A stretch of 64,000 bases of DNA from a virus (IMGVR_UViG_3300009540_000001:32001-96000); one strand, 5' to 3'; positions 29,580 through 40,189 are shown, counted from the first letter of the stretch. Notes: generated by a model not told the origin, from the letters alone. Program-made: numbers and translations.

Positions 29580-30359
29580 TCACCGCCCTCGGCCACGACA
29601 GGCGCTCCAATGCACGCACCACTTCGGGTCACACTTCCAGGAGTCGATGGAGGTGCGGGGGAAAATTCCGCGCTTGATCAAGTCCACCGTCTCTTCGAAG
29701 TCTTCAATGAAGACCTTGACGTCCGCCGACAACCGTGTGGTCTCGAGACGGTGGTACGCGGGGGTCTTCGTCGAGACGAGGTTGTCGATCCTCGCGAACG
29801 TCGTCCCCTTGACTGCGGCGTAAAGCGTGAGTTGGGGCTCGAGCCGCACATCGCGTTCTGACCACTTCGCGGTCGAAGTCTTCAGGTCCACGACCGTGAC
29901 CTTCTCCCCCGCGCCATCCAAGAGGTCGATGTACCCGAGGGCCGGCACCGTGCCGACCTTGACGACGAACTCCTGCTCGATCTCGAGTGGCTCCAGGTGC
30001 GGGAGCGTCTGCGCGTGGTACAGCTTGTACAAGAGGATGGCGGAGTCTTTCGACGCCGTCGGGTCCTCTGGGGCGTCACCCTTCTCCGCGTCGTACGCGT
30101 CGCTCACGGCTGCGACGCCTTGCGCGAGGCTGAACTCCTGCCCCTCCTTCTTCGCACGCAGGGCCGACTCCGCCCCCGCGTGAATCGCGATGCCCTTGAC
30201 CATCGAGAGCGAGGGTGGGCCCTTGATCCCGTGGATGTACGTGAACTCGAACGCCTTGGCGCAGGCCTTGAACGCCGAGTACTTCGAGTAGGACATGGCC
30301 CCGCCCGGGATCCCGTCGTCGCGGATCTCCGGCGGGATCACGGGCAGAGTGCGTCTCAC
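29580..30359 (-). CDS. Second PD-(D/E)XK nuclease, Cas4/RecB-like
   Basis: SYSK...C, LGYIDL, VDLKTS, QLTLY, WKCDPKWC...C. Confidence 0.82.
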   Translation of the reverse strand: MRRTLPVIPPEIRDDGIPGGAMSYSKYSAFKACAKAFEFTYIHGIKGPPSLSMVKGIAIHAGAESALRAKKEGQEFSLAQGVAAVSDAYDAEKGDAPEDPTASKDSAILLYKLYHAQTLPHLEPLEIEQEFVVKVGTVPALGYIDLLDGAGEKVTVVDLKTSTAKWSERDVRLEPQLTLYAAVKGTTFARIDNLVSTKTPAYHRLETTRLSADVKVFIEDFEETVDLIKRGIFPRTSIDSWKCDPKWCVHWSACRGRGR

Positions 30360-30898
30360 AGCTCTCCGTCGTCAGGGATGTCGTCGCCGCCCACGCCACC
30401 CGCGCTGCCGCCCCCGCGAACCTGCGAGCGGGAGAGCACGTCGGCGAGAACAGCGCGGTCCTCCTCGGAGAGCTCCGAGGGGTCGATGATCACGCCCTTG
30501 GCGCGCGCCGGCTCGGGCTCGGAGAAGTTGCCGGGCGGCGGGGAGCTGCCCGCGAGCTCCGGGTCGAGGTAGCGCATCTTAGGCGCGGAGATGGTGGGCG
30601 ACGGCTCCCGAACGGGAACGAACATCGAGTTCTTGGGCGGGGGCTCGGCGCGGGGCTGAGCCGTGAACGCCGCTTTACGCGGTACAGAGGCGGCGGGCTC
30701 GGGCGCGGCACGTGCCGGCCGAGGCGCTTCGGGCGGCGGACCCATGTCCCCGTTGCGTACGACGCACTCGAGTTCCCCCAGGTCGTTGAACTTGAAAGGG
30801 AAGTTCTCCGTCTTCGCCTCGACTTGAAAGTTCTTCTTGGTCGACAGGTAGTACGCGCACGCCTTGATGATGTCGCCGTGCTCGAGTTCCAGTTTCAT
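30356..30898 (-). CDS. Hypothetical protein, Pro-rich C-half
   Basis: Likely start MKLELEH at 30898 (ATGA overlap with the helicase stop). Confidence 0.55.
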   Translation of the reverse strand: MKLELEHGDIIKACAYYLSTKKNFQVEAKTENFPFKFNDLGELECVVRNGDMGPPPEAPRPARAAPEPAASVPRKAAFTAQPRAEPPPKNSMFVPVREPSPTISAPKMRYLDPELAGSSPPPGNFSEPEPARAKGVIIDPSELSEEDRAVLADVLSRSQVRGGGSAGGVGGDDIPDDGEL

Positions 30899-32943
30899 TC
30901 GATAATCTCCACGGCCGCAACCGGCCTCGCTACGTTCGCAGCGTACTTGCACTTCTCTCGGAAAGGCAAGACACCTTTCTCGTTACATGGGGCTTGATTC
31001 TCACAGCCCGCGCAGGCGACTACCTCAAGCAACGTCAGCGACACTCGTTGCTTGAACGACAAGACCGACGCGACGCGGAGGTCAAGCCCCGGCGTCGACG
31101 TCGACGTGAGCAACCGGTAGACCGTCATGGCCCGGGTCTGCCCCGGGCGGTTGAAGCGGTCCATCGCCTGCTGGTACTGAAGCGGATCCCACGGCAGCGA
31201 GTAAAAGAGCATGTAGTTCGCTGCCGTGAGCGTGATGCCGATGCCCGTCTTGATCTGCCCCAGGTAGAGGTGGCAGTCCGGGTCCGTCTGGAACTTGTCG
31301 ACCAGGGGCCCGCTCTTGCTGGAGTTTGTCCCGTCGACGCGGACGTAGCCGATCTTGTGCTCCTTGGCGTAACGCTCGAGGTCGTCGAGCTCGGTGGTGA
31401 AGTTCGCCCACACGATCAGCTTGTGGGTGGGGTCGCCTTCGAGGACGGTCTCCGCGATGTCCGAGAACGCCTCGAGCTTGGGGTTCTCGACGTCGCGCAG
31501 CACCTTCGTCGGAGGTGCGACGGGGAAGATCGGGCACTTCTTCGTGTAGGGTCGTACCTTCTCCTCGACGCACTTGAGCATGTGCTCGCACGCGTCGCAC
31601 ACGGCGTAGTCAGCCCCGAGGTTCAAGAACCCCGAGAGCAGCTGAAGCATCTTGTTGACGCGCGCGGCGCCGTGCGGCAGGCGTTGCGTGACGCTCTCCG
31701 GGGCGTTGTCCGGATCGAGCTCTCCGGGGTGCAGGTACGCCATCATCGGCTCCATCGAGGAGCGCATCTCGAGCACCAGTTCGTTGTACCGCGCGCGCTG
31801 CATCGGCCCGAGCTCGAACGGGACGTCGACGATGACGCACGGGGGAAGGTCGAGGCAGTCCTTCTTCTTCATGCGGTGGGCGACCTGGTCTACCCGGGCG
31901 TTCACCTCATTCAGATGGCGGAAGCCGACGACGACGTGCTTGTTCTTCGGCGACATCACGAGATGCCGCTCGAGGAACTTCGGGTAGTTGCACGAGAGCA
32001 ACGAGGGCGAGAGGAACATCAGCTGCGCGAACAGCTTGCGCGGATCGTCGCCAGCTGTGCCTGTGAGGCAGATGCGCCGCGAGGCCTTGGCGGAGAGCTC
32101 GAGCGCCGACTTCGTCTGCTCCGATTCGAAGTTGCCGAGGTAGTGGCTCTCGTCCGCGACGATCGTGTCGTACGGGAGCTGATAGAGCGGATGGGACGCG
32201 GCGTGCCGGAACTCCTCGATGGCCGCCTCCGTCAGCAGCGGCAGCTTGTAACGCTCCCGCTGCGTGGGGCTCAGCTCGAGCTCGAGCGTCGCCTTCTGCG
32301 CCCGCTCTCGCTCCATGCGAAGGCGGGTGTAGGAGGCGAGAACGATGTCGGCGTCCTGGGCCAGGGCCTCGGCCTCGCGCGACCCGTCCCACACGACGAC
32401 GCTCCATTCCCCTCGCGTGCACCGTTCCGTTTCCTTCTGCCACGCAGCGAGGACGACGGGTGGCGCCAGGACCAGGGCCCGGCGAAACTGCCCCCGCAGG
32501 CGCAGCAGGCGAAAGGCGTCGATCGCGGTGCGGGTCTTGCCGGTGCCGGGTTCCCACAACAGGAAGGTGCGCCACCAGTTCACGATCCGGGAGATGCCGA
32601 GGCGCTGGTGGCTGTACGGCGTAAAGCCTGGGGTGAAGAAGCCTGCCGGGATGTCGAGGGGGACGTCTGCCTTGGCCTGGTACGCCGCCTCGGCAGCTTG
32701 CCAGTCGAGCTCGGCCTCGCGTAGAAGCTTCAGGTGCTCCAAGGCGCTCTCGTCCCACGCTGCGTTCGGGGCGAGCTTGCGAATGTCCTCGAAGGTCCAG
32801 CGACCGAACGGAAAGTACGCGGGAAATTGCCAGGCCCCGTCGGCGTAGACGCCGCCCCATGCGCGGGAGACCCCGTGCTCTTTGGGTGCGGGTAGCCGAA
32901 AGACAGGCGTAGACTTGCGAAGTAGGTCGCCGCTTACGTGCAT
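30895..32943 (-). CDS. SNF2-family (SF2) helicase
   Basis: YSHQ, WEPGTGKT, DESH, LTGT, GIGITLT, QAMDRFNRPGQ. Likely start near 32943; the longer ORF-track start is antisense to the portal. Confidence 0.88.
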   Translation of the reverse strand: MHVSGDLLRKSTPVFRLPAPKEHGVSRAWGGVYADGAWQFPAYFPFGRWTFEDIRKLAPNAAWDESALEHLKLLREAELDWQAAEAAYQAKADVPLDIPAGFFTPGFTPYSHQRLGISRIVNWWRTFLLWEPGTGKTRTAIDAFRLLRLRGQFRRALVLAPPVVLAAWQKETERCTRGEWSVVVWDGSREAEALAQDADIVLASYTRLRMERERAQKATLELELSPTQRERYKLPLLTEAAIEEFRHAASHPLYQLPYDTIVADESHYLGNFESEQTKSALELSAKASRRICLTGTAGDDPRKLFAQLMFLSPSLLSCNYPKFLERHLVMSPKNKHVVVGFRHLNEVNARVDQVAHRMKKKDCLDLPPCVIVDVPFELGPMQRARYNELVLEMRSSMEPMMAYLHPGELDPDNAPESVTQRLPHGAARVNKMLQLLSGFLNLGADYAVCDACEHMLKCVEEKVRPYTKKCPIFPVAPPTKVLRDVENPKLEAFSDIAETVLEGDPTHKLIVWANFTTELDDLERYAKEHKIGYVRVDGTNSSKSGPLVDKFQTDPDCHLYLGQIKTGIGITLTAANYMLFYSLPWDPLQYQQAMDRFNRPGQTRAMTVYRLLTSTSTPGLDLRVASVLSFKQRVSLTLLEVVACAGCENQAPCNEKGVLPFREKCKYAANVARPVAAVEIIE

Positions 32944-32964
32944 GGCGCCCTCCTGGGAGTAGAG

Positions 32965-34689
32965 ATGTTCGACGGTGACTTCAATCCGATGGGAGGACAG
33001 AACGGTCCGGGTGCCTCGCACCCGAACCCGATGTTCGACTACACGACCTCCTTTGTCCCGAGGAAGCTCAAGGACCTCTTCAAGTGGGCAGAGTACCTTG
33101 GGTTCAACTCCGCGCACATTTACGCGGTAGTTCGGAAGTTCGGGGAGTACCCGATCACCCGGTTCATCTACGAGTCGACCTCTGAAGAGGAGAAGGCTCG
33201 GCACAAGAAGCTCTTCGAGGAGGACGTCCACCTCAAGGGGTTCATGACGCTCGCGTCCTACGACGTGTGGCTCTACGGCAACTCCTTCGTCAGCGTGTAC
33301 GAGCCGATCAAGCGGGACCTCATGTGCCCCGAGGAGGGGTGCAAGAGCCGTGAGGACATCACGGCGGCGGTCTACGAGTTCAACCTCGAGCGCCTCGAGT
33401 TCAAGCACGACTGCCGCGAGTGCCAGCGCAAGGGCGTGATCTCCATCGTCAAGGACGTGAAGATCAAAGAGGCCGAGCGCATCCGGCTCATCCGGTGGGA
33501 CCCGAAGCTGATCGACATCGAGCACAACCCGATCACGGGCGAGTCGGTCTACTACTACCAGATCCCGCGCGACATCGTCTCGAAGGTGAGGGGCGGCAAC
33601 AAGACGCTCATCAACCACATGCCGATGGAGATCTTGCGCGCCATGCAGGCGAACAAGACCTTCAAGTTCGGGCCCAACGCGCTGTTCCACCTGAAGATGC
33701 CGGGGCCGGCCGGCGTGCAGTCGCAGTGGGGCTACCCGCCGATCACCTCGGCGATCAAGAACTTCCTGTTCGCCTCCATCCTGCGCAAGGCCAACGAGGC
33801 CATCGCGCTCGAGCACATCACGCCGTTCCGCGTGATCCACCCGCTCTCGGCGAGCGCGCAGGGCGACCCCATCTCGACGATCAACCTCGGCCAGTGGAAG
33901 GACGAGATGGTCCGCAACCTGCGGGAGTTCCGCAAGGACCCGCTGCGCATCCAGTTCTCCCCTGTGCCCATCGGCGTGCAGAACATCGGCGGCGAGGGCC
34001 GCGCGCTCCTGACGCTCGGGGAGCTCCAGGAAGCGGAGAAGGCGATCGTCCTCTCCCTCGGTGTGCCGATGGAGTTCCTCACCGGCGGCCTCGGACAGAC
34101 GCGCGGCGAGATCACGCTGCGGATGATCGAGAACCAGCTACAGACCCACATCGAGAACCTGAACGCCCTGGTGCGCTGGATCGAGCGCAAGGTCGCCGCG
34201 TACATGTCGTGGGACACCATCTCGATGCGGCTCGCCGACTTCAAGATGATCGACGACATGGAGTCGAAGCAACTCAAGCTCCAGCTGTGGCAGTCGCAGC
34301 TCATCTCGAACTCCACGGTCGCGGAGCTCGTAGACGTCGACCTCGATCACGAGCGCAAGCAGCGCCGCGAGGACACGCTCGCCGATACCCGCGCGCAGCA
34401 GAAGACGCAGATCGAGGTGCAGAAGCTCCAGCAGTCGATCTCGCAGCAGGCGCAGCAGCAGGCGATTCAGTCGCAGGGCGGCATGGCCTACGACCAGCAG
34501 CAGATCCGAGCGCAGGCGGACATCAAGGTGCAGGAGCTCGCGCAGCTCGACCCGGGCTCGCGCCGCAGCCGTATGGACGCGCTCAAGGGCGAGGACTACG
34601 TGATGTACTGCGTCGTGCGTGACATGCTCGAGCAAGTGCAGCAAGATCAGATGCAGGCGATGAAGGCTCAAGGGCAGCAGGCGGCGTGA
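32965..34689 (+). CDS. Portal protein
   Basis: DVWLYGNSF, LFHLK...WGYPPI and LGVPMEFL patterns typical of portal proteins; Gln-rich C-terminal coiled coil; first gene of the morphogenesis block. Confidence 0.72.
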   Translation: MFDGDFNPMGGQNGPGASHPNPMFDYTTSFVPRKLKDLFKWAEYLGFNSAHIYAVVRKFGEYPITRFIYESTSEEEKARHKKLFEEDVHLKGFMTLASYDVWLYGNSFVSVYEPIKRDLMCPEEGCKSREDITAAVYEFNLERLEFKHDCRECQRKGVISIVKDVKIKEAERIRLIRWDPKLIDIEHNPITGESVYYYQIPRDIVSKVRGGNKTLINHMPMEILRAMQANKTFKFGPNALFHLKMPGPAGVQSQWGYPPITSAIKNFLFASILRKANEAIALEHITPFRVIHPLSASAQGDPISTINLGQWKDEMVRNLREFRKDPLRIQFSPVPIGVQNIGGEGRALLTLGELQEAEKAIVLSLGVPMEFLTGGLGQTRGEITLRMIENQLQTHIENLNALVRWIERKVAAYMSWDTISMRLADFKMIDDMESKQLKLQLWQSQLISNSTVAELVDVDLDHERKQRREDTLADTRAQQKTQIEVQKLQQSISQQAQQQAIQSQGGMAYDQQQIRAQADIKVQELAQLDPGSRRSRMDALKGEDYVMYCVVRDMLEQVQQDQMQAMKAQGQQAA

Positions 34690-35111
34690 TGACAGAGCTG
34701 AGCAGAGAAGAAGAGCGGGAGATGATCATGCGCGGACCGCGCAACCCGCTCGAGAAACCCGCGAAGAAGACACCGGCGAAGGTTTGCTACGACGTCTTCA
34801 GTCTGTTCCGCCCGTGGCAGGCGTGCCGGCGGTGTCAGGAAGCCCTGACCTTGGGGGAGGTTCAACCTCCTCCCGAGGCTGGGGACCTCGCGTGCCCGCA
34901 TGTACGGCGTAAAGAGTTCGTCGACCTGTGTAACCGCATCCGCGCCGGAGGCCCGCAGGCCCCGACGCAGCTGCGGCTCGAGATCTGGTCGTCGCAGGCG
35001 ACGGGGGAGCGGTTCGCGGAGGTCCTGTGGGAGGAGCCTGCTCCCCAGGCCCAGGGCGCGCCGAGCGTCGCGGGCGCCGCCAAGCAAAAGAAGGTCGACC
35101 CAGAGCTGTAG
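34689..35111 (+). CDS. Hypothetical protein with CxxC...CxH
   Basis: Translationally coupled to the portal gene. Confidence 0.55.
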   Translation: MTELSREEEREMIMRGPRNPLEKPAKKTPAKVCYDVFSLFRPWQACRRCQEALTLGEVQPPPEAGDLACPHVRRKEFVDLCNRIRAGGPQAPTQLRLEIWSSQATGERFAEVLWEEPAPQAQGAPSVAGAAKQKKVDPEL

Positions 35112-35296
35112 CCGCGAACCCGGGGGCGACGTTCAGGTTCACACCCGACGCCGCCCCCGGCCAGTACTCATCACCACTCTGAGCTCTACGAGCGCAGAAC
35201 GTGGATGACGAACTTGTAGATCGCGCGAATCAGCAAGAGACACACCTCCTTTCCGTACGACCTTCTACCTGTATTTCCGCTAGACTTCGCACACCC

Positions 35297-38200
35297 ATGA
35301 GCGAAGTCACTCCCGTCCTCACGGACGCCGCCACGCTGCGCGCCAAGATTCACGAGAAGACGCAAGCCGCGCTGCGGTCGGTGTTCCCGCTCGACTTGAA
35401 GGGCCGCACGCTCGAGCTCCAGGACGTCAAGGTCCACGCGCAGGACTACAGCCCGAGCCAGCAGCGCCGCGCGCTGCTCACCGGCTCGAGTCTGTATGAG
35501 CCGGTGAAGGGCACCCTCGTGCTGAAAGACGGCGCGGGCAAGGTCGTCGACACGGCGAAGAACTTCACGCTCGCGCACGTGCCGTACCTGACGGAGCGGC
35601 ACACGCTCATCTCGGACGGCAACGAGTACCAGATGGCGAACCAGCTTCGCCGCAAGCCGGGCGTGTACACACAGCGCTCGGACAACGGCGAGCTCAAGAA
35701 CGTCTTCAACCTCGGTCGCGGGTCGAACTTCGACCTCGGGATGAACGAGGGCAAGGGGACGTTCCACATGACCTACGGGACGACCAACCTGCCGCTTTAC
35801 GCGGTGCTGCGTGGGATGGGCGCGTCGCACGAGGAGATCGCCGGGAAGTGGGGCGCGGGCGTCGCGAAGGCCAACGAAGCCGCGCACGGGCACCAGATCG
35901 AGAGCACGATCGCGAAGCTGTACGGCAAGCTCGAGCACCCGGCGCTGATCAAGCCCGGGGCGACGCACGAGGAGAAGCTGACGGCGGTCCACAAGCGCTA
36001 CGCGTTGTCGACGCTCGACCCGGAGGTCACGAAGCAGACGCTAGGCCACGGGCACAGCTCGGTCACGCCGACGGCGCTCCTCGACGCCTCGGCGAAGATG
36101 CTCCGCGTTCACAAGGGCGAAGACGTCGTCGACGACACCGACTCGCTCGCCTTCAAGACGTTCCACTCGATGGACGACTTCTTGGCGGAGCGCATTCGGC
36201 TGACGGCGCGCGCATGGGCCCCGAAGGCCCGCATGGCGCTCAACGGCAAGACGGAGATCCGCGAGGCCCTGAAGCCCGGGCCGTTCTCCTCGGCGATTCG
36301 GAAGTTCGTCACGACGTCGAACCTCGCGGCGGTTCCCCCGGGCATCAACCCCATGGAGCTGATCGACCACGCGGTGAAGGTGACGTCGCTCGGCGAAGGC
36401 GGCATCCCCTCGGACCGCGCGATCCCCTTCGACGCGCGCATGATCCACAACACGCACTTCGGGGCGCTCGATCCCGTGCGCACGCCCGAGAGCAATCACT
36501 CGGGCGTGGACATCCGCGCAACGATCGCCGCCCACCGCGACGACGCCGGCAACCTCTACACCGTCTTGCGCAACGTGAAGTCCAACAAGATGGAGTTCGT
36601 CCGCGCGGGCGATCAGCGCAAGTACGTCGTCGCCTTCCCCCACCAGCAGCTGAAGGGCGACGTCGACGCCTTCCGCGACGGCAAGCTCGAGAAGGTCGAC
36701 GCCTCTACGGTCACCCACCAGCTCGACCACATCAAGCACGCGTACTCGCCCGCGACGTCCATGGTGCCGTTCCTGCACTCGATGCAGGGCAACCGCGCCA
36801 TCATGGCCTCGAAGTTCGGGACGCAGGCGCTGCCGCTGCTCGAGCGCGAGGTACCGCTCGTGCAAGTGCGCTCGCACTTGGACAGCGGGGAGTCGTTCGA
36901 ACAGGTCTACGGGCACATGATCAACCCGACGGCGCCTGTGGCGGGGACGGTCAAGAAGGTCGACGGGGACTATGTGTGGATCGAACCGCACCGCGTAAAG
37001 AAGGCGGAGGATCGCCCTGTCCTCTATCAGAAGCGTGTCGGCCCGCACGCCTTCAACATCGAGATCGAGAAGGAGTTCCACGTTCGCGGGAACAAGTTCC
37101 CCTCGTCTTCGGACTACGGGCACCTCCCTGGGTACGTCGGGCCTGACGGCGACAGCCTCGACTTCTTTGTCGGGGATCGCCACGACGGGGTCCTTGCCGT
37201 CTACGACAAGCAAAAGAACTTCGACGGGAAGGGCTGGAAGACGACAGACAAGAAGTTCGTCGTCGGGATGAACCCCACCGAGTACGCGGCGTGGCAGAAG
37301 CACCCGGCGATGACGGCACACCCGCAAATCCGCTTCGCCAACGAGCGTCGCTTCAAAGACTGGGACGACCTGAAGTCGCACATCGACACCCACTACAAGC
37401 GTCCGGAAGGGCACGAGAAGGAAGCCGCCGAGAACCTGGTCAAGGTCCCCTACCAGACCCAGTTCCCCTTCCCCTCGAAGACCTCGCTTCACCACGACGT
37501 CATCGTCAAGCCAGGCGACAAGGTCGAGGCCGGGCAGCAGCTCGGCGAGTCGAACTACACCCGCAAGGGCACGCTCGCGCTCGGGAAGAACCTGCTCGTC
37601 GGCTACATGGCGTACCACGGCGTGAACTCCAACGACGCCATGGTGATCTCGGAGGGCGCGTCGAAGAAGCTCACCAGCGAGCACATGTACCGGGAGATTT
37701 ACCCGGTAAACGCGCGCATCGAGCTCAACACCGCGAAGCACAAGCTGTACTACGGCTCGAAGTACCAGCCGCAGCAGTACGCGCACCTCGACGCGGACGG
37801 CGTGGTCAAGAAGGGTTCGCGGGTCAACCCGAAGGACATCCTCGTCGCCGGATTGACGAAGCAGCAGGTGTCAGGGTCCGACGCCCTCGTGGGCCGCATC
37901 TCCAAGGCGCTGACGAAGCCGTACAAGGAGGTCGTGCTCGAGTGGACGCACGGCGGTCCCGGCGTCGTGGAGGACGTCGTCCGCACCGCGTCGCAGATCA
38001 CGGTGCTGATCAGCACGCAGGAGCGCATGCAGATCGGCGACAAGCTCGCCGGTCGCCACGCGAACAAGGGCGTCGTCTCGCGCATCGTCCCCGACCACGA
38101 GATGATCCGAGACGAGCAGGGCCGCCCCCTCGACGTGCTCATCACGAGCGCTGGCGTCATCAGCCGCGTGAACCCGAGTCAGATCCTCGAGACGTGCGCC

Positions 38201-40183
38201 GGCAAGGTCGCGGAGAAGACCGGCAAGCCGGTGATCTTCGACAACGCCGCCGGCGTCAACGCCGTGAAGTGGGTACGCGGCCTGATGAAGGAGCACGGCG
38301 TAAAGGACAAGGAGGTCGTCTTCGACCCGCTCACGAAGCGCCACATCACGGGCTCGGATGGGAAGGGAGTACTTGTAGGTAGACAGTATATCTACAAGCT
38401 CTTCAAGTCGACGGACACGAACTTCGCCGGGCACGGCGTGGGCCCGTACGACCTGAACGAACAGCCGCTGAAGACCGGCGGCGACGACAGCGCCAAGGGC
38501 CTCGGCAAGATGGAGTTCGACGCGTTGCTCGCGCACAACGCTCGCAACTTCCTCAACGAGGCTGCGACCGTGCGCGGCACCAAGAACGAGGAGTTCTGGA
38601 AGGCCGTGCAGCTGGGCCTGCCCATGCCCGCGCCGAAACCGTCGTTCGCGTTCAATAAGTTCGTCGGAATGCTCGAGGGTGCGGGCGTGCGCATCGACAA
38701 GCGCGGGAGCAAGTTCCACATCCTGCCGCTGACCGACAAGGACGTCACGAAGCGCTCGGCAGGGGCGATCGAGAACAACAAGACGCTCCAGGCGAAGGAC
38801 CTGAAGCCGGAGAAGGGCGGGCTGTTCGATCCCTCGCGCACGGGAGGGCCGCAAGGGACGCTGTACGCACACATCGACTTGCACGAGCCGATTCCCTCGC
38901 CCGTGTTCAAGGAGCCGGTGCGCCGCTTGCTCGGCATGACGGAGAAGCAGTTCGACAACGCGCTCGGCGAGCACGGCGGCGGGTGGTTTAAGACTCAGCT
39001 TGACGCCATCAGCCCCGACGCGAAGCTGAAAGACCTGCGCGCACGGATGACGAAGGCCAACGGCCCCGTCTTGAACGACCTCGTCAAGCAGGTGAAGTAC
39101 CTCGAGGCGCTGAAGACGCACAAGCTCAGCCCGAGCGAGGCGTACATCATCTCGAAGGTACCGGTGATCCCGCCGGTTTTCCGTCCCATTCTCCCAGGAG
39201 TCGCAGACCCCTCGCAGCTGATGGTCGCCGACGCCAACAAGCTGTACGCGCAGCTGATGGACGCAAACCACACGCTGAAGAACACTGCCTTGCCCAGTGA
39301 CTTGGGGAAGCATCGCAACGAAGTCTTCTCGACGGTCGAGGAGCTCTACGGCACGACGTTGCCGCGCGACCCGAAGCTTCAGCAGCAAAAGGTGAAGGGG
39401 TTCCTCTCCACCATCGCGGGCGTCGGCACGCCGAAGGGCGGGTTCTTCCAGCGCAAGCTGATGCGCAAGAACATGGACATCAGCGGGCGCGGCACAGCGG
39501 TGCCGGACTCGAACCTCGGCATGGACGAAGTCGGCATCCCTGAGAAGATGCTCTGGGGCATGCTCGACAAGCTCGTCGTCGCTCGACTCATGCGGAAGGG
39601 CTACCCCGCGCTCGACGCGCGCGAAATGGTCAAGAAGCAGACGGCGGCGGCGCGCGAGGCGCTCATGGAAGAGACGCGCGAGCGCCCCATGCTCATCAAC
39701 CGGGCCCCGACGCTGCACCGCTGGTCGATCGTGGCGGCGTACGCGAAGCCCGTGCAGGGCAAGACGATCCGCGTGAGCTCCTTCACGGAGAAGGGCCTCA
39801 ACCTCGACTACGACGGCGACACCTTGCAGGTGCACGCCCCGCTCACCCCGGGCTCGATCGAGGACGCCAAGAAGATGACGCTCTCGAACATGATCCTGAG
39901 CGATCAGCAGCGGAACAAGCTCCTCGCCTTTCCGCAGCACGAGGCGATCATCGGCTTCACCCTCGCAGCCAAGGGCGGCACAGGCACCGGCCCCGTCAAG
40001 AAATTCGCGACGCGCGACGAAGCCATGGCCGCCTGGCGCCGTGGAGAACTCCAGCTGAACGACGCGATCCAGGTGGCGAACGTGAAGCACGCGTACGAGG
40101 AAGAAGACGACGATTCCATCTCTCCCGACGTCGACGTATCCTTCTACCCGGCCGAACACGTCACCGGCGTGGGCCTGGAGTAA
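35297..40183 (+). CDS. rpoBC: Multisubunit RNA polymerase: beta fused to N-terminal half of beta'
   Basis: Beta motifs NQLRRKPGVY, HNTHFGALDPVRTPES, NRAIMASKFGTQA, LALGKN, GDKLAGRHANKG, SRVN. Beta' motifs KPEKGGLFD, VIPPVFRP, NRAPTLHR and catalytic NLDYDGD (39800-39820). Confidence 0.93.
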   Translation: MSEVTPVLTDAATLRAKIHEKTQAALRSVFPLDLKGRTLELQDVKVHAQDYSPSQQRRALLTGSSLYEPVKGTLVLKDGAGKVVDTAKNFTLAHVPYLTERHTLISDGNEYQMANQLRRKPGVYTQRSDNGELKNVFNLGRGSNFDLGMNEGKGTFHMTYGTTNLPLYAVLRGMGASHEEIAGKWGAGVAKANEAAHGHQIESTIAKLYGKLEHPALIKPGATHEEKLTAVHKRYALSTLDPEVTKQTLGHGHSSVTPTALLDASAKMLRVHKGEDVVDDTDSLAFKTFHSMDDFLAERIRLTARAWAPKARMALNGKTEIREALKPGPFSSAIRKFVTTSNLAAVPPGINPMELIDHAVKVTSLGEGGIPSDRAIPFDARMIHNTHFGALDPVRTPESNHSGVDIRATIAAHRDDAGNLYTVLRNVKSNKMEFVRAGDQRKYVVAFPHQQLKGDVDAFRDGKLEKVDASTVTHQLDHIKHAYSPATSMVPFLHSMQGNRAIMASKFGTQALPLLEREVPLVQVRSHLDSGESFEQVYGHMINPTAPVAGTVKKVDGDYVWIEPHRVKKAEDRPVLYQKRVGPHAFNIEIEKEFHVRGNKFPSSSDYGHLPGYVGPDGDSLDFFVGDRHDGVLAVYDKQKNFDGKGWKTTDKKFVVGMNPTEYAAWQKHPAMTAHPQIRFANERRFKDWDDLKSHIDTHYKRPEGHEKEAAENLVKVPYQTQFPFPSKTSLHHDVIVKPGDKVEAGQQLGESNYTRKGTLALGKNLLVGYMAYHGVNSNDAMVISEGASKKLTSEHMYREIYPVNARIELNTAKHKLYYGSKYQPQQYAHLDADGVVKKGSRVNPKDILVAGLTKQQVSGSDALVGRISKALTKPYKEVVLEWTHGGPGVVEDVVRTASQITVLISTQERMQIGDKLAGRHANKGVVSRIVPDHEMIRDEQGRPLDVLITSAGVISRVNPSQILETCAGKVAEKTGKPVIFDNAAGVNAVKWVRGLMKEHGVKDKEVVFDPLTKRHITGSDGKGVLVGRQYIYKLFKSTDTNFAGHGVGPYDLNEQPLKTGGDDSAKGLGKMEFDALLAHNARNFLNEAATVRGTKNEEFWKAVQLGLPMPAPKPSFAFNKFVGMLEGAGVRIDKRGSKFHILPLTDKDVTKRSAGAIENNKTLQAKDLKPEKGGLFDPSRTGGPQGTLYAHIDLHEPIPSPVFKEPVRRLLGMTEKQFDNALGEHGGGWFKTQLDAISPDAKLKDLRARMTKANGPVLNDLVKQVKYLEALKTHKLSPSEAYIISKVPVIPPVFRPILPGVADPSQLMVADANKLYAQLMDANHTLKNTALPSDLGKHRNEVFSTVEELYGTTLPRDPKLQQQKVKGFLSTIAGVGTPKGGFFQRKLMRKNMDISGRGTAVPDSNLGMDEVGIPEKMLWGMLDKLVVARLMRKGYPALDAREMVKKQTAAAREALMEETRERPMLINRAPTLHRWSIVAAYAKPVQGKTIRVSSFTEKGLNLDYDGDTLQVHAPLTPGSIEDAKKMTLSNMILSDQQRNKLLAFPQHEAIIGFTLAAKGGTGTGPVKKFATRDEAMAAWRRGELQLNDAIQVANVKHAYEEEDDDSISPDVDVSFYPAEHVTGVGLE

Positions 40184-40189
40184 CCGCCC

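Noticed and set aside
24895-30359. CRISPR-Cas locus suggested by Cas4-like genes
   Set aside because: No repeat-spacer array or other cas genes seen. The short repeats at 25807 and 50106 have no spacers.
35120-35160. GC-rich inverted repeat upstream of RNAP
   Set aside because: Imperfect stem with a large loop and no U-tract; not enough to call a terminator or riboswitch.
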